Shown here piece after piece: positions 28,450-38,114 of a stretch of 64,000 bases of DNA. The notes beneath the pieces were generated by a model. The model did no database searches, had not been told where the DNA came from, and saw only the letters and a program-made list of their open reading frames with translations. The DNA is taken from positions 1 to 64,000 of IMG/VR virus record IMGVR_UViG_3300048672_000970. The stretch is one strand, 5' to 3'. Every line of letters begins with the position of its first letter. The first letter of the stretch is position 1. The position numbers were made by a program, and so were the translations under genes. Source of the stretch: a virus. Its lineage: Duplodnaviria; Caudoviricetes.

Positions 28450-30501
28450 TTAATCTTCTGACTTGAAATAGTTTGCGCCGGCCAGCCAAGTTTTGCGCGC
28501 GTCCGGAATCTTATCATTGAATGCAAGGTTCAGTTTCGCAAAATCAGCAGCTTCCAGGGCAGTAATTCTAACCAAGTGTTTTTCAGGATTTTGAATGAAT
28601 CGAGAAAAGTCTTTGGTGGCAAATGTGCCAAGTCCTTTGTAATACTCTACCTTATGTTTCGGCGCAGTTTTCGCCCAAGCAAGATAATCTTCTTCCATGA
28701 AAAATTCATGATGCTGCTTTCCTACGGTCGCAATATAGAGTGGCGTATTGAATCGATAGATGGCTGCATGCTTAAACAATTCCGGCCAGAACTTAGCAAA
28801 GAAACTGAACATGAGGGCAGCAATATGATGACCATCATTATCGTAATCACTCAGAATGATAAACTTTGAAAAGCGGGCGTTAAGGCGACGTACGTGTGTT
28901 ATACCGATATTCGCTTCATACTGTTTCAGTTGGTCATCAGTGGGTGATACTTTAACTCGCAGCATGTCGGCCACTAACGTCTGATTGGCGTCGAGTAGCA
29001 TGTCGTTTTCATTATACAGCTTTCCATTACTCATCACCCAATCACCTTCTGGCAAAATGCCAGATTCTGTCAAATAGAGTCCGGAGGCGATGAGGAAATT
29101 GGCAAATTCTTCCGTATCGTGTACTTTCTTCATATCGATGTTATAGACATTCTTCGGCGTACCCTTCAGTGCAAACGCGCCGATATAAGGACTTTTTCCA
29201 CGAGCTGATTGAATGGAGTTAAGAGCTGACAATCCTTCCGTAATGTACATTTCGCACTTGTGCCGTTCATTTCGAGAATTAGCGTCAGTGAATTTGTCCA
29301 CATGCTTTGGATTGGTTTTACTCAACTCCTTTTTCTTCTTAGCCATTTCCGCATCAATAGCCGCCTGTTCTTTCGCTTTCGCCCAGGAGAGAACTGATTG
29401 GATAATGTCAGATTTCAGAATTTTACCAATGAACTTATCAGGCGCCGACCAAGAAGTTTTATATTCAGATACTTGCGAAGTCATGAATTCCTTCGTCTGT
29501 GAATTAAACTTTGGCCGATTGATGCTGGCAGAAATGAATACTCGCAGATGGGATTTGATGTCACTTGGCTTAACATCAACCTTATGCTTTTTCTTGATAT
29601 GTTCTCTAACCGAGCTGACAATCTGATTGGCGACATAATCAATGTGCGTGCCACCCGTATAAGTTTCGATTGAGTTGACAAAACTTACCTGTTCAAATCC
29701 GTCAGAAGCCGCGACAGCTACTGTCCAATCGGGCGTCACATCAATGACAAATTCATCCGTGTATAAATGGATGTAATCTGAAAAAGATTTGATTTGGACA
29801 CGTTCACCATTCAGGTAAAACTTGATACCGGGGTTACAGGCTGCCGCGTCCATGACCCGCTTGATGAATTTGGCCTGATGGTCATCGTCCAGATGGGGGA
29901 TGCCAAAATAGGCGAAATCGGGCGTAAACGTGATGGTTGTGCCGTTCTTCGAGTTCGCCCTGATTTGTGGCTCTGAAATCGTTCTAAGGCCATCCCGATA
30001 GGTCTGCCGGAACATCTTCTTGCCATCGCACGATTCAACTGAAAACACGGTAGAAAGAATGCAGGTGGCAGTTGAACCAAGGCCATTTGTCCCTGCTAGT
30101 TGTTGGTCTTGTTCATCCTTGAAATTTGAGCCGGCGTGAATGGTGGTGAAAATGGTTTCAGCCACGTACTTTCCGGATACCGGATGAATTTCAACCGGAA
30201 TGCCGCGCCCGTTATCAGCGACTGAAATTTCTTTATCACTAACTGTCACGCGAATAGTGTCCATGACGTTCGGCGCGCGTTTGTATTCATCAATCGCGTT
30301 GTCTAGAATTTCAGAGAAGATTTTGATGATGGCTGGAATATAAGTTAGTTCCCGATTAACCATCTTTCCCTGTCCGTTATCAAACACCCAAGTTGTTTGA
30401 GTATTCGGCTTGACATCGCCGACATACATTCCTGGCCGGTGTCGTACTGCCGCGATAGGGTCAAGAATTTGATAATCTGATACTGAAGGTGTAGTTGTCA
30501 T
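28450..30501 (-). CDS. Type IIA topoisomerase, GyrB/ParE-like ATPase+TOPRIM subunit (T4 gp39+60-like)
   Basis: RPGMYVG, EILDNAIDE, DNGRGIP, HAGSNF, GTNGLG, TEGLSA, DYDNDGHHI, YYKGLGT. Confidence 0.95.
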   Translation of the reverse strand: MTTTPSVSDYQILDPIAAVRHRPGMYVGDVKPNTQTTWVFDNGQGKMVNRELTYIPAIIKIFSEILDNAIDEYKRAPNVMDTIRVTVSDKEISVADNGRGIPVEIHPVSGKYVAETIFTTIHAGSNFKDEQDQQLAGTNGLGSTATCILSTVFSVESCDGKKMFRQTYRDGLRTISEPQIRANSKNGTTITFTPDFAYFGIPHLDDDHQAKFIKRVMDAAACNPGIKFYLNGERVQIKSFSDYIHLYTDEFVIDVTPDWTVAVAASDGFEQVSFVNSIETYTGGTHIDYVANQIVSSVREHIKKKHKVDVKPSDIKSHLRVFISASINRPKFNSQTKEFMTSQVSEYKTSWSAPDKFIGKILKSDIIQSVLSWAKAKEQAAIDAEMAKKKKELSKTNPKHVDKFTDANSRNERHKCEMYITEGLSALNSIQSARGKSPYIGAFALKGTPKNVYNIDMKKVHDTEEFANFLIASGLYLTESGILPEGDWVMSNGKLYNENDMLLDANQTLVADMLRVKVSPTDDQLKQYEANIGITHVRRLNARFSKFIILSDYDNDGHHIAALMFSFFAKFWPELFKHAAIYRFNTPLYIATVGKQHHEFFMEEDYLAWAKTAPKHKVEYYKGLGTFATKDFSRFIQNPEKHLVRITALEAADFAKLNLAFNDKIPDARKTWLAGANYFKSED

Positions 30502-30583
30502 TCATTTCCTTTACTTCAATTGAAAACAGCGGCATTACCCGCTGTTCATAAGCCTAACACATTGTTAGTTAGGAGTTCAGATT

Positions 30584-30718
30584 TCAGTCCAGCTTGAATA
30601 ACACATCAGGCCGGGCGATAATCATCGGAACCCCGCGTATCGTCACTCGTTCGCAAAGCTTCATTGCAAGCCATCGAACAACGCATAACGGTAAAATTTC
30701 ACACCAGAGAGCTAACAT
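30584..30718 (-). CDS. Possible 44-aa peptide (not in the ORF track)
   Basis: MLALWCEILPLCVVRWLAMKLCERVTIRGVPMIIARPDVLFKLD directly after the vWA gene; AAAGG upstream. Confidence 0.3.
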   Translation of the reverse strand: MLALWCEILPLCVVRWLAMKLCERVTIRGVPMIIARPDVLFKLD

Positions 30719-30721
30719 ATT

Positions 30722-31438
30722 TCAACCTTTGTTAATCCAGTTGAGCAGTTTATCAGAAAGAAACTTGTCATACAGGTCTTCATCAGACAGATTGTTGAAC
30801 GAGTTAATGTCGGTGACACGAACATAACTGACGTTTTCTTTCCCTGCATATTGTTCAAGGTGCGGGAACGATGCATTCCGGTCGTTATTCATCCCGACAA
30901 AAATGATGAACTGGTCATTCATTTGGGAGAGAATGCTTCGGGTCGCTTGATGGTCTGAATTTTCTCCGTCAGTGACGAAAAAGACAATAGACCGCTTTTG
31001 AATCACAGGTTCCGCCTTCTTACCAAACCATGAAGACACTTTACCAATAAGCGAAGAACTTGCCTGTTTCTTTTCAGCGATGACTTGCAGCACAAAACTG
31101 TAATCAGTCCCATGACCATATCCGGGGACATTCCGAATGATTTCTCGCTGAACATAATTCGGGTAGTTACTTTCGTTAACAGAACCTACCAGATTGGCCG
31201 AACTGGCACCGTCTGAAAAAGTATAAACCTCCATTTGCTTGTCCGGGTCAAAAACCAGCGCCCACGGAATAACGCGCGTCAGAAAATCATTAGTCAGACC
31301 TTCTTCATGCTCATCGTGAAATGAGCCTGAAACATCTAGGACAAATTTAACGTCCATCGCCGGAATGGCGATATTCTTCTTTGCCATCGACAGCTTGAGC
31401 GCCGAGGTGGACTTTTGAGTATTCAATTGGAGAGCCAT
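30722..31438 (-). CDS. vWA domain protein (TerF-associated type)
   Basis: MIDAS motif VLDVSGS, GTDY, FFVTDGEN; Ter-cluster context. Confidence 0.8.
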   Translation of the reverse strand: MALQLNTQKSTSALKLSMAKKNIAIPAMDVKFVLDVSGSFHDEHEEGLTNDFLTRVIPWALVFDPDKQMEVYTFSDGASSANLVGSVNESNYPNYVQREIIRNVPGYGHGTDYSFVLQVIAEKKQASSSLIGKVSSWFGKKAEPVIQKRSIVFFVTDGENSDHQATRSILSQMNDQFIIFVGMNNDRNASFPHLEQYAGKENVSYVRVTDINSFNNLSDEDLYDKFLSDKLLNWINKG

Positions 31439-31449
31439 GTTAATTCCTT

Positions 31450-32199
31450 TCAGGTAAGGTCAAGAGAAAATTGCTGCTGTTTAATCGTGCTGAATTGATT
31501 GGCTTGCGCGAGCGCAACGTAATTATCGAACGTCGGTATCCTCACATTGATGATGAGGTCTATTTCATTTTGCACTCGTTCGACCAGCAAAAGGATACCA
31601 TCAACTTGCTGCAAAACCGACAAAGCCAGCAGACAACTTTTCACCAACCCCTCTTGTTTGACAAAATGCAAATTATTGCGATTTTTGGCAAAAACGACTG
31701 CTAATACCTTGCTTTCAAATTCAGCCCTATTTTTCACCGAAGTTAGCTGATTTTGAGCGGATGTTAACTGCTGTTTATAAGAAGTTAACGACAGTTGTTT
31801 CATTTCTTTGGCGATTTCAACAATTTTCACGTTTGTTGTGAGAACGGTTTTGGCCGGATCTGGCCTAAACCATTTTGCATTAAGTGATTCGATGCACGAT
31901 GAAATGGAGCTGATGAATTGCTGAATGAGGAATTGTGCTTTAGTGAGAATTGGTGAGCCAATCAAACTATTGATGGTGTTGATTTGTGAAGTGATGTCGG
32001 ATTGGAGAGTGGTGGACGTAGATTCTGAAAAAGAGTTACACCCTTTCAGAATCTTGTCCACATCTTCTTGGAAGAATGGGATGACATCGGCTTCCACATA
32101 CATCGGCGTGAGAACTGTGCCAATTCTGGTAATTGGTCGAGTTGATGGCCCCGATGGCGTGGCCGGTGTGCCGATAGGCTTACCAATCATCGTGACCAT
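31450..32199 (-). CDS. Helical hypothetical protein in the Ter cluster
   Basis: 249-aa helical ORF between the TerD-like and vWA genes. Confidence 0.6.
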   Translation of the reverse strand: MVTMIGKPIGTPATPSGPSTRPITRIGTVLTPMYVEADVIPFFQEDVDKILKGCNSFSESTSTTLQSDITSQINTINSLIGSPILTKAQFLIQQFISSISSCIESLNAKWFRPDPAKTVLTTNVKIVEIAKEMKQLSLTSYKQQLTSAQNQLTSVKNRAEFESKVLAVVFAKNRNNLHFVKQEGLVKSCLLALSVLQQVDGILLLVERVQNEIDLIINVRIPTFDNYVALAQANQFSTIKQQQFSLDLT

Positions 32200-32207
32200 C
32201 TTTTTCC

Positions 32208-32858
32208 TTAAGAGTAAACTTCCAGAACAGCGTTAAATTCGCCCTTGAACACAGATACTTGCGTGACGAACACCAGCGAGCCATTATTAGGGTCGATGGT
32301 GAATGCACCAAGTTGTACACCATTGTATCCGGCAAATTCTTGTCCAGTGAGCGAAACGTCGAGAAGGACGTTGCCAGTAGAACTAACAACCTTGACAGCC
32401 GCATCGGTAATGTCGGCAAACGTCTTGTTGTTCGGCGGTTGATTATGAATCATTGCCACCAGTGGAATTTCAATCGGCGCGGAACGGGCCGGAAAGAGTG
32501 ACGGATTGATTTTAATCCATTCATCATCCGTGCCAGCATCACCATTCAGCGCATCCTTCGAGTGGAGCAGGGCACCGTTAAAGATTCCAAACGTGCCATC
32601 CGGATTGAGTGGCAGCGTGCCAACTTCAACCATCTGTCCATTTTCCCGAACCTTCCGAATGACGTTATAGGTCGAAAGAATTTCATCGAAATCAGTGACC
32701 TTCGCGCCGTTAGGCGTTTGACATGCGAACAGTGCATGTAGGTCAAGGTCAGCAGAACCAGACCAGTTCAGGAAGACAGTGACAGTTTCTGCCTTACTGG
32801 TATTGAGGGACAGGGATTGGCGTTGGGTTGCCTTCGTAACATTCACCTTCAGAGCCAT
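32208..32858 (-). CDS. terD: TerD-family stress protein
   Basis: LNWSGSADLDLHAL, HSKDALNG, DDEWIKI match the TerD fold pattern. Confidence 0.72.
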   Translation of the reverse strand: MALKVNVTKATQRQSLSLNTSKAETVTVFLNWSGSADLDLHALFACQTPNGAKVTDFDEILSTYNVIRKVRENGQMVEVGTLPLNPDGTFGIFNGALLHSKDALNGDAGTDDEWIKINPSLFPARSAPIEIPLVAMIHNQPPNNKTFADITDAAVKVVSSTGNVLLDVSLTGQEFAGYNGVQLGAFTIDPNNGSLVFVTQVSVFKGEFNAVLEVYS

Positions 32859-32869
32859 GATTTCTCCTT

Positions 32870-34075
32870 TTACATAGACCGATTAACACCCGGTTGAATC
32901 CGGGTTCCAAGCTGACCGAGAGTTTGAGTGACACTGGTCAGAGTATTCCACGCCACATCAAATTGTTGCTGTTGATTGGCACGGGCAGTTTCGATTTCCG
33001 ATTGCAGGGCTGCGATGTCATTCACCGTTTGTTGCAGGCGTTCAGCTTCTCGCACTCGGTTATCTCCCATCATTTTAGCAGACTTGAGAGCCACTTGTCC
33101 AGTCAGTTGCCCACGAACAGCGGCAAGATTTTCGTCCAAAGCTTGCCCTTGTAGCATGTTCCGCTGCAGAGTTGCAGTCACCAATGCTTGATGAATGTTA
33201 AGCATCGTCATCTTGATATTGGTGAATCGACTCAGTGCCGTTGACGTACTTTCCGTTAGGGTAATGATACCTGCTTCTTCCAGTTGAGTAATAACCAATT
33301 GGTCGGTCGGCAGCTTAAGCATGGCCGACGATAGGAAAATGGTGCGACTTTCAAGAGCGGCCAATTTCTGTTTCAGTTCAGACAGTTCATAGCCGTCAAG
33401 TTTCCCTTCCGCTTCAATCGCCTGAAAATCTTTTTTGCTCTTAGCAAGAATGAGCATCATGAATGCCACATCAGTTGTAAAGTCGGTAAACGCCTTTTGA
33501 TAAGCAGCCTTCAGTTTTTGCATTTCTTGAATAGACACAATCTGCTTTTGCTGGTCACGTTCAAGTTCAGCTTGCATCTTGTTAATGACATCATTCAGAT
33601 TTTTAGTCTTACCACGCAGAGTGATGCTAAGTCCGTTAATTACTTCATCAATGGCATTGTTGAGTTTCTTTTTAGAAAACATGCCAACAAACTTAGCCAT
33701 CGTCCCCGGTTGCGGATTGATAACTTGAGCAGCCAGTTCACCAACCTTTTCCTTTTCAATTTCTGCATTCAGTTCTTTAACCAGACGGTAAACAACCGGA
33801 GATTCACTGGAACACCGAGAAAGAAAATCACTGACGGTCTTCGCCAAACCCTTTTCAGCCGTATCGGCCAGCTTTGAAATATCGAGCAGATTAACGTCCT
33901 GCAGCGAAAATGAGTTAGCTTGTGCAACGGCTGCTTGCGTCATTTGCGGGGAAAGCTTGGTCGGGAAAGTTTCCAGCACCGACATATCTAGTGAAGGTTG
34001 TTGATAAATCGACGCGGAACTCGATTGTACGGGTTGACCAAAAGAAACGGGCTTGAACAGAGTTTGAGCGGACAT
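32870..34075 (-). CDS. telA: TelA-like toxic anion resistance protein
   Basis: 401-aa all-helical protein, MAKFVGMF hydrophobic patch, Ter-cluster context. Confidence 0.65.
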   Translation of the reverse strand: MSAQTLFKPVSFGQPVQSSSASIYQQPSLDMSVLETFPTKLSPQMTQAAVAQANSFSLQDVNLLDISKLADTAEKGLAKTVSDFLSRCSSESPVVYRLVKELNAEIEKEKVGELAAQVINPQPGTMAKFVGMFSKKKLNNAIDEVINGLSITLRGKTKNLNDVINKMQAELERDQQKQIVSIQEMQKLKAAYQKAFTDFTTDVAFMMLILAKSKKDFQAIEAEGKLDGYELSELKQKLAALESRTIFLSSAMLKLPTDQLVITQLEEAGIITLTESTSTALSRFTNIKMTMLNIHQALVTATLQRNMLQGQALDENLAAVRGQLTGQVALKSAKMMGDNRVREAERLQQTVNDIAALQSEIETARANQQQQFDVAWNTLTSVTQTLGQLGTRIQPGVNRSM

Positions 34076-34130
34076 TAGATACTCCTAAATTGGTTACTTT
34101 CAATTGGGTAAAGGGGCCGAAGCCCCTTGT

Positions 34131-34808
34131 TCAATTCAGAGAGAATGCTCGGTCTTGGCGATGGTACAGATATGTTACCACACCTGCCAGGATACCGGCC
34201 ATCACCATGTTAGTGTGCGGAATCGACCAGATGAAAGTCACCGACAGCAGCATTTCCAGGGCGACATAGGCGAGCAGCGCGGCGCCAAAATCGACCAGAA
34301 CCGGGAACCGTTCCATGATGGCGATAACACCCTTAGAACCCCATACGATGATCGGAATGGACAGGATGATGCCAGCAATTGCGTAGGCAGTTGAATGTTC
34401 GCCGGCACTTTGAGCGGCACTAATGACGGCAAGAACGTTATCGAGGCTCATCGCAAAATCCGCAACAATGATAGTCCAAATGGCGCCACGCAGCGTATCA
34501 GATTGCGCAACTTCATGCTCACCTTCATCATGACCCATCGTTGCAGCCAGATAACCAAGATACCCGGCGCCGGCAACCTTCAGTGCATCGGATAGGTATG
34601 GGACAGAAAGCATCCAGCCGGCGAGAATGAGCATGACAGCTCGCAGTGCGACAGCTCCAGCAGTACCCCAAAAGATACCCTGCTTTTGTAGGGCGGGTGA
34701 TAGACCCATTACCGCCAGTGCAATGACGATAGCATTGTCTGCACCGAGAAGGATATCAATCATGACAATCTTGAAGATTGCCGCAAAGTCAATAGAAAAA
34801 TCAAACAT
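34131..34808 (-). CDS. terC: TerC-family (YjbE-like) membrane protein
   Basis: IDILLGADNAIVIAL, GAVALRA, ADFAMSLDNVLAV, LSIPIIVWGS. Confidence 0.92.
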   Translation of the reverse strand: MFDFSIDFAAIFKIVMIDILLGADNAIVIALAVMGLSPALQKQGIFWGTAGAVALRAVMLILAGWMLSVPYLSDALKVAGAGYLGYLAATMGHDEGEHEVAQSDTLRGAIWTIIVADFAMSLDNVLAVISAAQSAGEHSTAYAIAGIILSIPIIVWGSKGVIAIMERFPVLVDFGAALLAYVALEMLLSVTFIWSIPHTNMVMAGILAGVVTYLYHRQDRAFSLN

Positions 34809-34829
34809 GCAAAACTCCTTTAGAGTTGG

Positions 34830-35330
34830 TTAGGAAACGGATTTGGACGCGATGTGTGATTGCAGATTTTGTTCAGCGGTATGAAGTTCGGTTTCTAGCC
34901 GTTTCGTTTTATCCCAGCTATTTTGATATTGCCGGGTAGCCAGCCGCAGGCTGTCGGAAAGTTTCTGCAGAGTGTGAAAATAATACACATCCGACGCATA
35001 TTCATTCAGGTCATAGTACGGGATTCGTATTTCAAAGTAGTCAACCATTCCATTCAGAAAGTTGCCGTATTCATAAGAACAAATTAGAGCGAAATGCAGA
35101 ACCAGCATCCATGCAGAAAATTCACCTGCGCTATTATTAACACGCCGGATGTAAACCCACTTAGCAGAATCAACAATTTTTGTTACATCTGCTTCTCGGA
35201 TACTAGGTTTAGTGACACGAATTACGTCCGTGACAAATTTCTTTTGGTCAGGTTCGTTTTGGAAAGTGTTCAGTAATAGGTTATACTGATATTGAGCAAG
35301 AGCTTCAAAATCACATTGGTTAAGAATCAT
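34830..35330 (-). CDS. Hypothetical protein
   Basis: 166-aa ORF. Confidence 0.6.
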   Translation of the reverse strand: MILNQCDFEALAQYQYNLLLNTFQNEPDQKKFVTDVIRVTKPSIREADVTKIVDSAKWVYIRRVNNSAGEFSAWMLVLHFALICSYEYGNFLNGMVDYFEIRIPYYDLNEYASDVYYFHTLQKLSDSLRLATRQYQNSWDKTKRLETELHTAEQNLQSHIASKSVS

Positions 35331-35448
35331 GGGGTTCCTTTGTTAAAATACACACTTGAATGACCGCCAGAATAACAAATGATATGATGCATCATGTCCT
35401 TTCAATTCAGTAAAAAACTGTGGTAAAATATGCCAAAACTTATTCAGT

Positions 35449-35769
35449 ATGTCAAATTTCAATTTCGATTGGTGTGTCTACGAAACTAGGCACCCATCAG
35501 GATTCTACTACATCGGAAAAGCGAAAATAGACAGAATTTACAAAGGATACAAAGGAAGTGGCACCCGGTTGAAGACTTCTTTCTTACAAGAAGGTTTTCA
35601 CAAGTCTACATGGAAAACCGACATTTTGCAAGTGTTCAGAACCGAAGAAGAAGCCTATCAATGGGAGGCTTGGTTACTCCCCATTGATAGGCTGGCAGAC
35701 CCGTTTTGTTTGAACAGCAAAGCTGGAGGTAGGCATGCTTCACGGAAAGGTCATTCTGCTTTGCTTTGA
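35449..35769 (+). CDS. Free-standing GIY-YIG (Seg-like) homing endonuclease, short
   Basis: VYET...YYIGK...YKGSG...EEAYQWE...CLNSKAGG; oriented opposite to its neighbours. Confidence 0.8.
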   Translation: MSNFNFDWCVYETRHPSGFYYIGKAKIDRIYKGYKGSGTRLKTSFLQEGFHKSTWKTDILQVFRTEEEAYQWEAWLLPIDRLADPFCLNSKAGGRHASRKGHSALL

Positions 35770-35784
35770 CGGTCGGAACGCTGC

Positions 35785-35973
35785 TTAAAGATATTTTCGC
35801 TCAATGGTATATCCACCAGTCAATCGGTCAACCATGTGGTAATCTACAAAATGCAGAATGTATTCAGACCCATGAATTCGCATACCAAATTCGTCAACCT
35901 GACACCGCACTTCTTGGCCCTGGTTAATCGGAATGGATTTAACCCTATTGAACAGCCTGTCCCAAAGATTCAA
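35785..35973 (-). CDS. Small hypothetical protein
   Basis: 62-aa ORF. Confidence 0.5.
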   Translation of the reverse strand: MNLWDRLFNRVKSIPINQGQEVRCQVDEFGMRIHGSEYILHFVDYHMVDRLTGGYTIERKYL

Positions 35974-36034
35974 CTACTCTGCTTCGTAGATAGATGCAGA
36001 AATGTCTGATTTGGTGGCACTATAATCAGTCATG

Positions 36035-36268
36035 TTACTTCCCTTCGCACGGAATGTAGGTGAAAGCCACCGATTGGCTATATCCACCACCAGTGGCAAT
36101 CTTTTCAGTGGACATCACTGCATAGCACCGGCCGGCCGAATCTTTCCCATAATACAGATGTGCCAACAGATTGTCAACGTCCCTCTGTGCCATCGGTGTG
36201 AAAGCCGGTTCAACGCACCCCGTCAATGCAAACGCTGCAACCACCATACCAAACAGCTTCTTCATCAC
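36035..36268 (-). CDS. Putative lipoprotein
   Basis: MMKKLFGMVVAAFALTGC lipobox. Confidence 0.7.
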   Translation of the reverse strand: MMKKLFGMVVAAFALTGCVEPAFTPMAQRDVDNLLAHLYYGKDSAGRCYAVMSTEKIATGGGYSQSVAFTYIPCEGK

Positions 36269-36340
36269 TAACTCCGGTTAAATTTCGATGTAATGATTGT
36301 CGCAAAGTTCAGTCATGCCGGCAAGGGTTGTTACACTTTG

Positions 36341-36529
36341 TTACATCCTCGCCCAAATGAACAGACTCACCGCAAACATCACAACCAGCGGTATTGCACC
36401 CACCGACACTAGCCATAGCGCCGCAGAAAAAATTATCATGAAAGTGAAAATGGCGAGAAATATCATCGCCACCGGGATGAATACCCCTAGCATGATGACG
36501 CCAAAAATAAAGAAAGCTAACAGTTCCAT
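36341..36529 (-). CDS. Small membrane protein
   Basis: 62 aa, almost entirely hydrophobic. Confidence 0.65.
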   Translation of the reverse strand: MELLAFFIFGVIMLGVFIPVAMIFLAIFTFMIIFSAALWLVSVGAIPLVVMFAVSLFIWARM

Positions 36530-36742
36530 TCAATCCCCCGTTTCAACTTGAGCTGGACATGTGCCAAAATTGTACTTGATTTCAAACCGTTTTTGAAAGT
36601 AGGTGCCCTGGTAATAATACTCACACCATAAAGCAACCGGCCAAGGGCCATTGCCTTCCACTTTCACATTTCCTGTCCAAAACGCAGTTCCGGCATAACT
36701 CATTTGGCAAACGAGTGCCAATCCCAAAATTGTTTTTCGCAT
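36530..36742 (-). CDS. Small secreted protein
   Basis: Start moved to ATG 36742: MRKTILGLALVCQMSYA signal peptide. Confidence 0.6.
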   Translation of the reverse strand: MRKTILGLALVCQMSYAGTAFWTGNVKVEGNGPWPVALWCEYYYQGTYFQKRFEIKYNFGTCPAQVETGD

Positions 36743-36771
36743 ATAGAAAAACCCTCCTAAGAGGGTTTTAG

Positions 36772-37053
36772 TTACCAAACAATCGGCTCGCCAGTCAGCT
36801 TGCGCAACAGCATGTTCACACCAGCCAGGGCAAGCAGTTGAACGTCGGGTGAAGCAACGTATCCATAACGCATTTGCAGGCCGATAGCGACCGCTGTAAT
36901 ACCGTTCACCCACAGTGTCTTACTGGTGTACCAAGGCTTACCGGGAACGCTTCCCATCGAGTCTGAAGCAAGGGCGGTGGCCGCCGTCATGATGGTCTGA
37001 TTAATCTTATCACTCGTTTGTTGATCCATATCTTCTTTCAGTTGTTCACTCAT
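36772..37053 (-). CDS. Holin-like two-TM membrane protein
   Basis: KPWYTSKTLWVN...LAGVNMLLRKLT pattern typical of small phage holin-like proteins. Confidence 0.5.
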   Translation of the reverse strand: MSEQLKEDMDQQTSDKINQTIMTAATALASDSMGSVPGKPWYTSKTLWVNGITAVAIGLQMRYGYVASPDVQLLALAGVNMLLRKLTGEPIVW

Positions 37054-37288
37054 TCAGCGACAGAGTGAGTTCGTCGTTTTTGAAAGTTAGGAAAAACACA
37101 TATCCAATCACTTCATCTAACACTCTGACAATCCTGTCTCGTTTTGCTGCATAGGCGGCTGATGTAATTTTGATAGTGAAGGTGTATTTCTCCGGGCCAA
37201 AGACGGCTTCTGGAAAAACAGACATCACCTTGCGTCTGAACTCATCTTGTGTAATTAAAGAAGTGCCCATAACTTTCCTTTCTTCCAA
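37046..37288 (-). CDS. Hypothetical protein
   Basis: 80-aa ORF. Confidence 0.55.
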   Translation of the reverse strand: MEERKVMGTSLITQDEFRRKVMSVFPEAVFGPEKYTFTIKITSAAYAAKRDRIVRVLDEVIGYVFFLTFKNDELTLSLNE

Positions 37289-37782
37289 TCAGTATTTATT
37301 TCCTCATCATCAAAACATAAATTCGGTTTAGCAACGTTCGAGTGAAAGAACTGCCCATATTCCTCTTTCAGTTTCTGCTGACATAAGTATTCAAGGCGAC
37401 GCTTATCACCTTTAGTGATTTTATCACCATCACTAATCAACACGTCAAATATCAATTCGAGTGTTTCTATTTGGTCTGAACCGATAGCTGAGGCGAGTTG
37501 TTTTGCCAACATCGCTTCGCCGGTATTTGGAGTTGATGCCCCTGTGACCAATCTTGACTTATACTCTTTCGCCCTCTGCTTCAAATTTGATGTTTGCCCA
37601 ACTCCTATCGAAGAAAGGACTGTTCCATCAGTCAAATATGCATTGACGAAGATAGAGTAAATGCACCAGCAAGAATCGAAAGATGGTTTGATGACAACTA
37701 TCTTATCTTTCAATTTCTGGTGGTGCATTCTACGCTGTTCAAACAGGTCTTGAATGGACAGCGTTTTAATAAGTTCTTCCAT
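37255..37782 (-). CDS. Possible divergent GIY-YIG nuclease
   Basis: CIYSI...IGVGQTSNLKQR..Y and a later conserved Glu (RRLE). Confidence 0.45.
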   Translation of the reverse strand: MEELIKTLSIQDLFEQRRMHHQKLKDKIVVIKPSFDSCWCIYSIFVNAYLTDGTVLSSIGVGQTSNLKQRAKEYKSRLVTGASTPNTGEAMLAKQLASAIGSDQIETLELIFDVLISDGDKITKGDKRRLEYLCQQKLKEEYGQFFHSNVAKPNLCFDDEEINTDWKKGKLWALL

Positions 37783-37811
37783 GTTTCCCCATCTTTTCAG
37801 ATGGGATTATA

Positions 37812-38114
37812 TCACAGCGGCTTGACCCGGATGACAAACCAGAAGTTAGCGGGATTGTCTTGATTGAAAACCATTTCCCAATAGGGTTCGATACCAACAG
37901 ACTTGAATGCATTGACAAAACCTTCCCATTCAACATCATGCTTTGAAAAGCCTGCCTTGAATGGAATTTGCCCCTTGCTCAGTCCAAGTTCTGCCCATGC
38001 GAATCGATACGGGCCGGTGGCTGTCACGACCACCCCCACTTCTTTGATGGATGGATTGGTAATTTGCTTCGTCAGCACCTTGTACGCATCATCAAAAAAC
38101 TTTACTACACTCAT
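37812..38114 (-). CDS. Hypothetical protein
   Basis: 100-aa ORF. Confidence 0.6.
   Translation of the reverse strand: MSVVKFFDDAYKVLTKQITNPSIKEVGVVVTATGPYRFAWAELGLSKGQIPFKAGFSKHDVEWEGFVNAFKSVGIEPYWEMVFNQDNPANFWFVIRVKPL

Noticed and set aside
25406-30501. Group I intron in thyA, or an intein/ribosomal bypass in topoisomerase II as in T4
   Set aside because: Both reading frames are continuous, with all motifs present and no intein termini.
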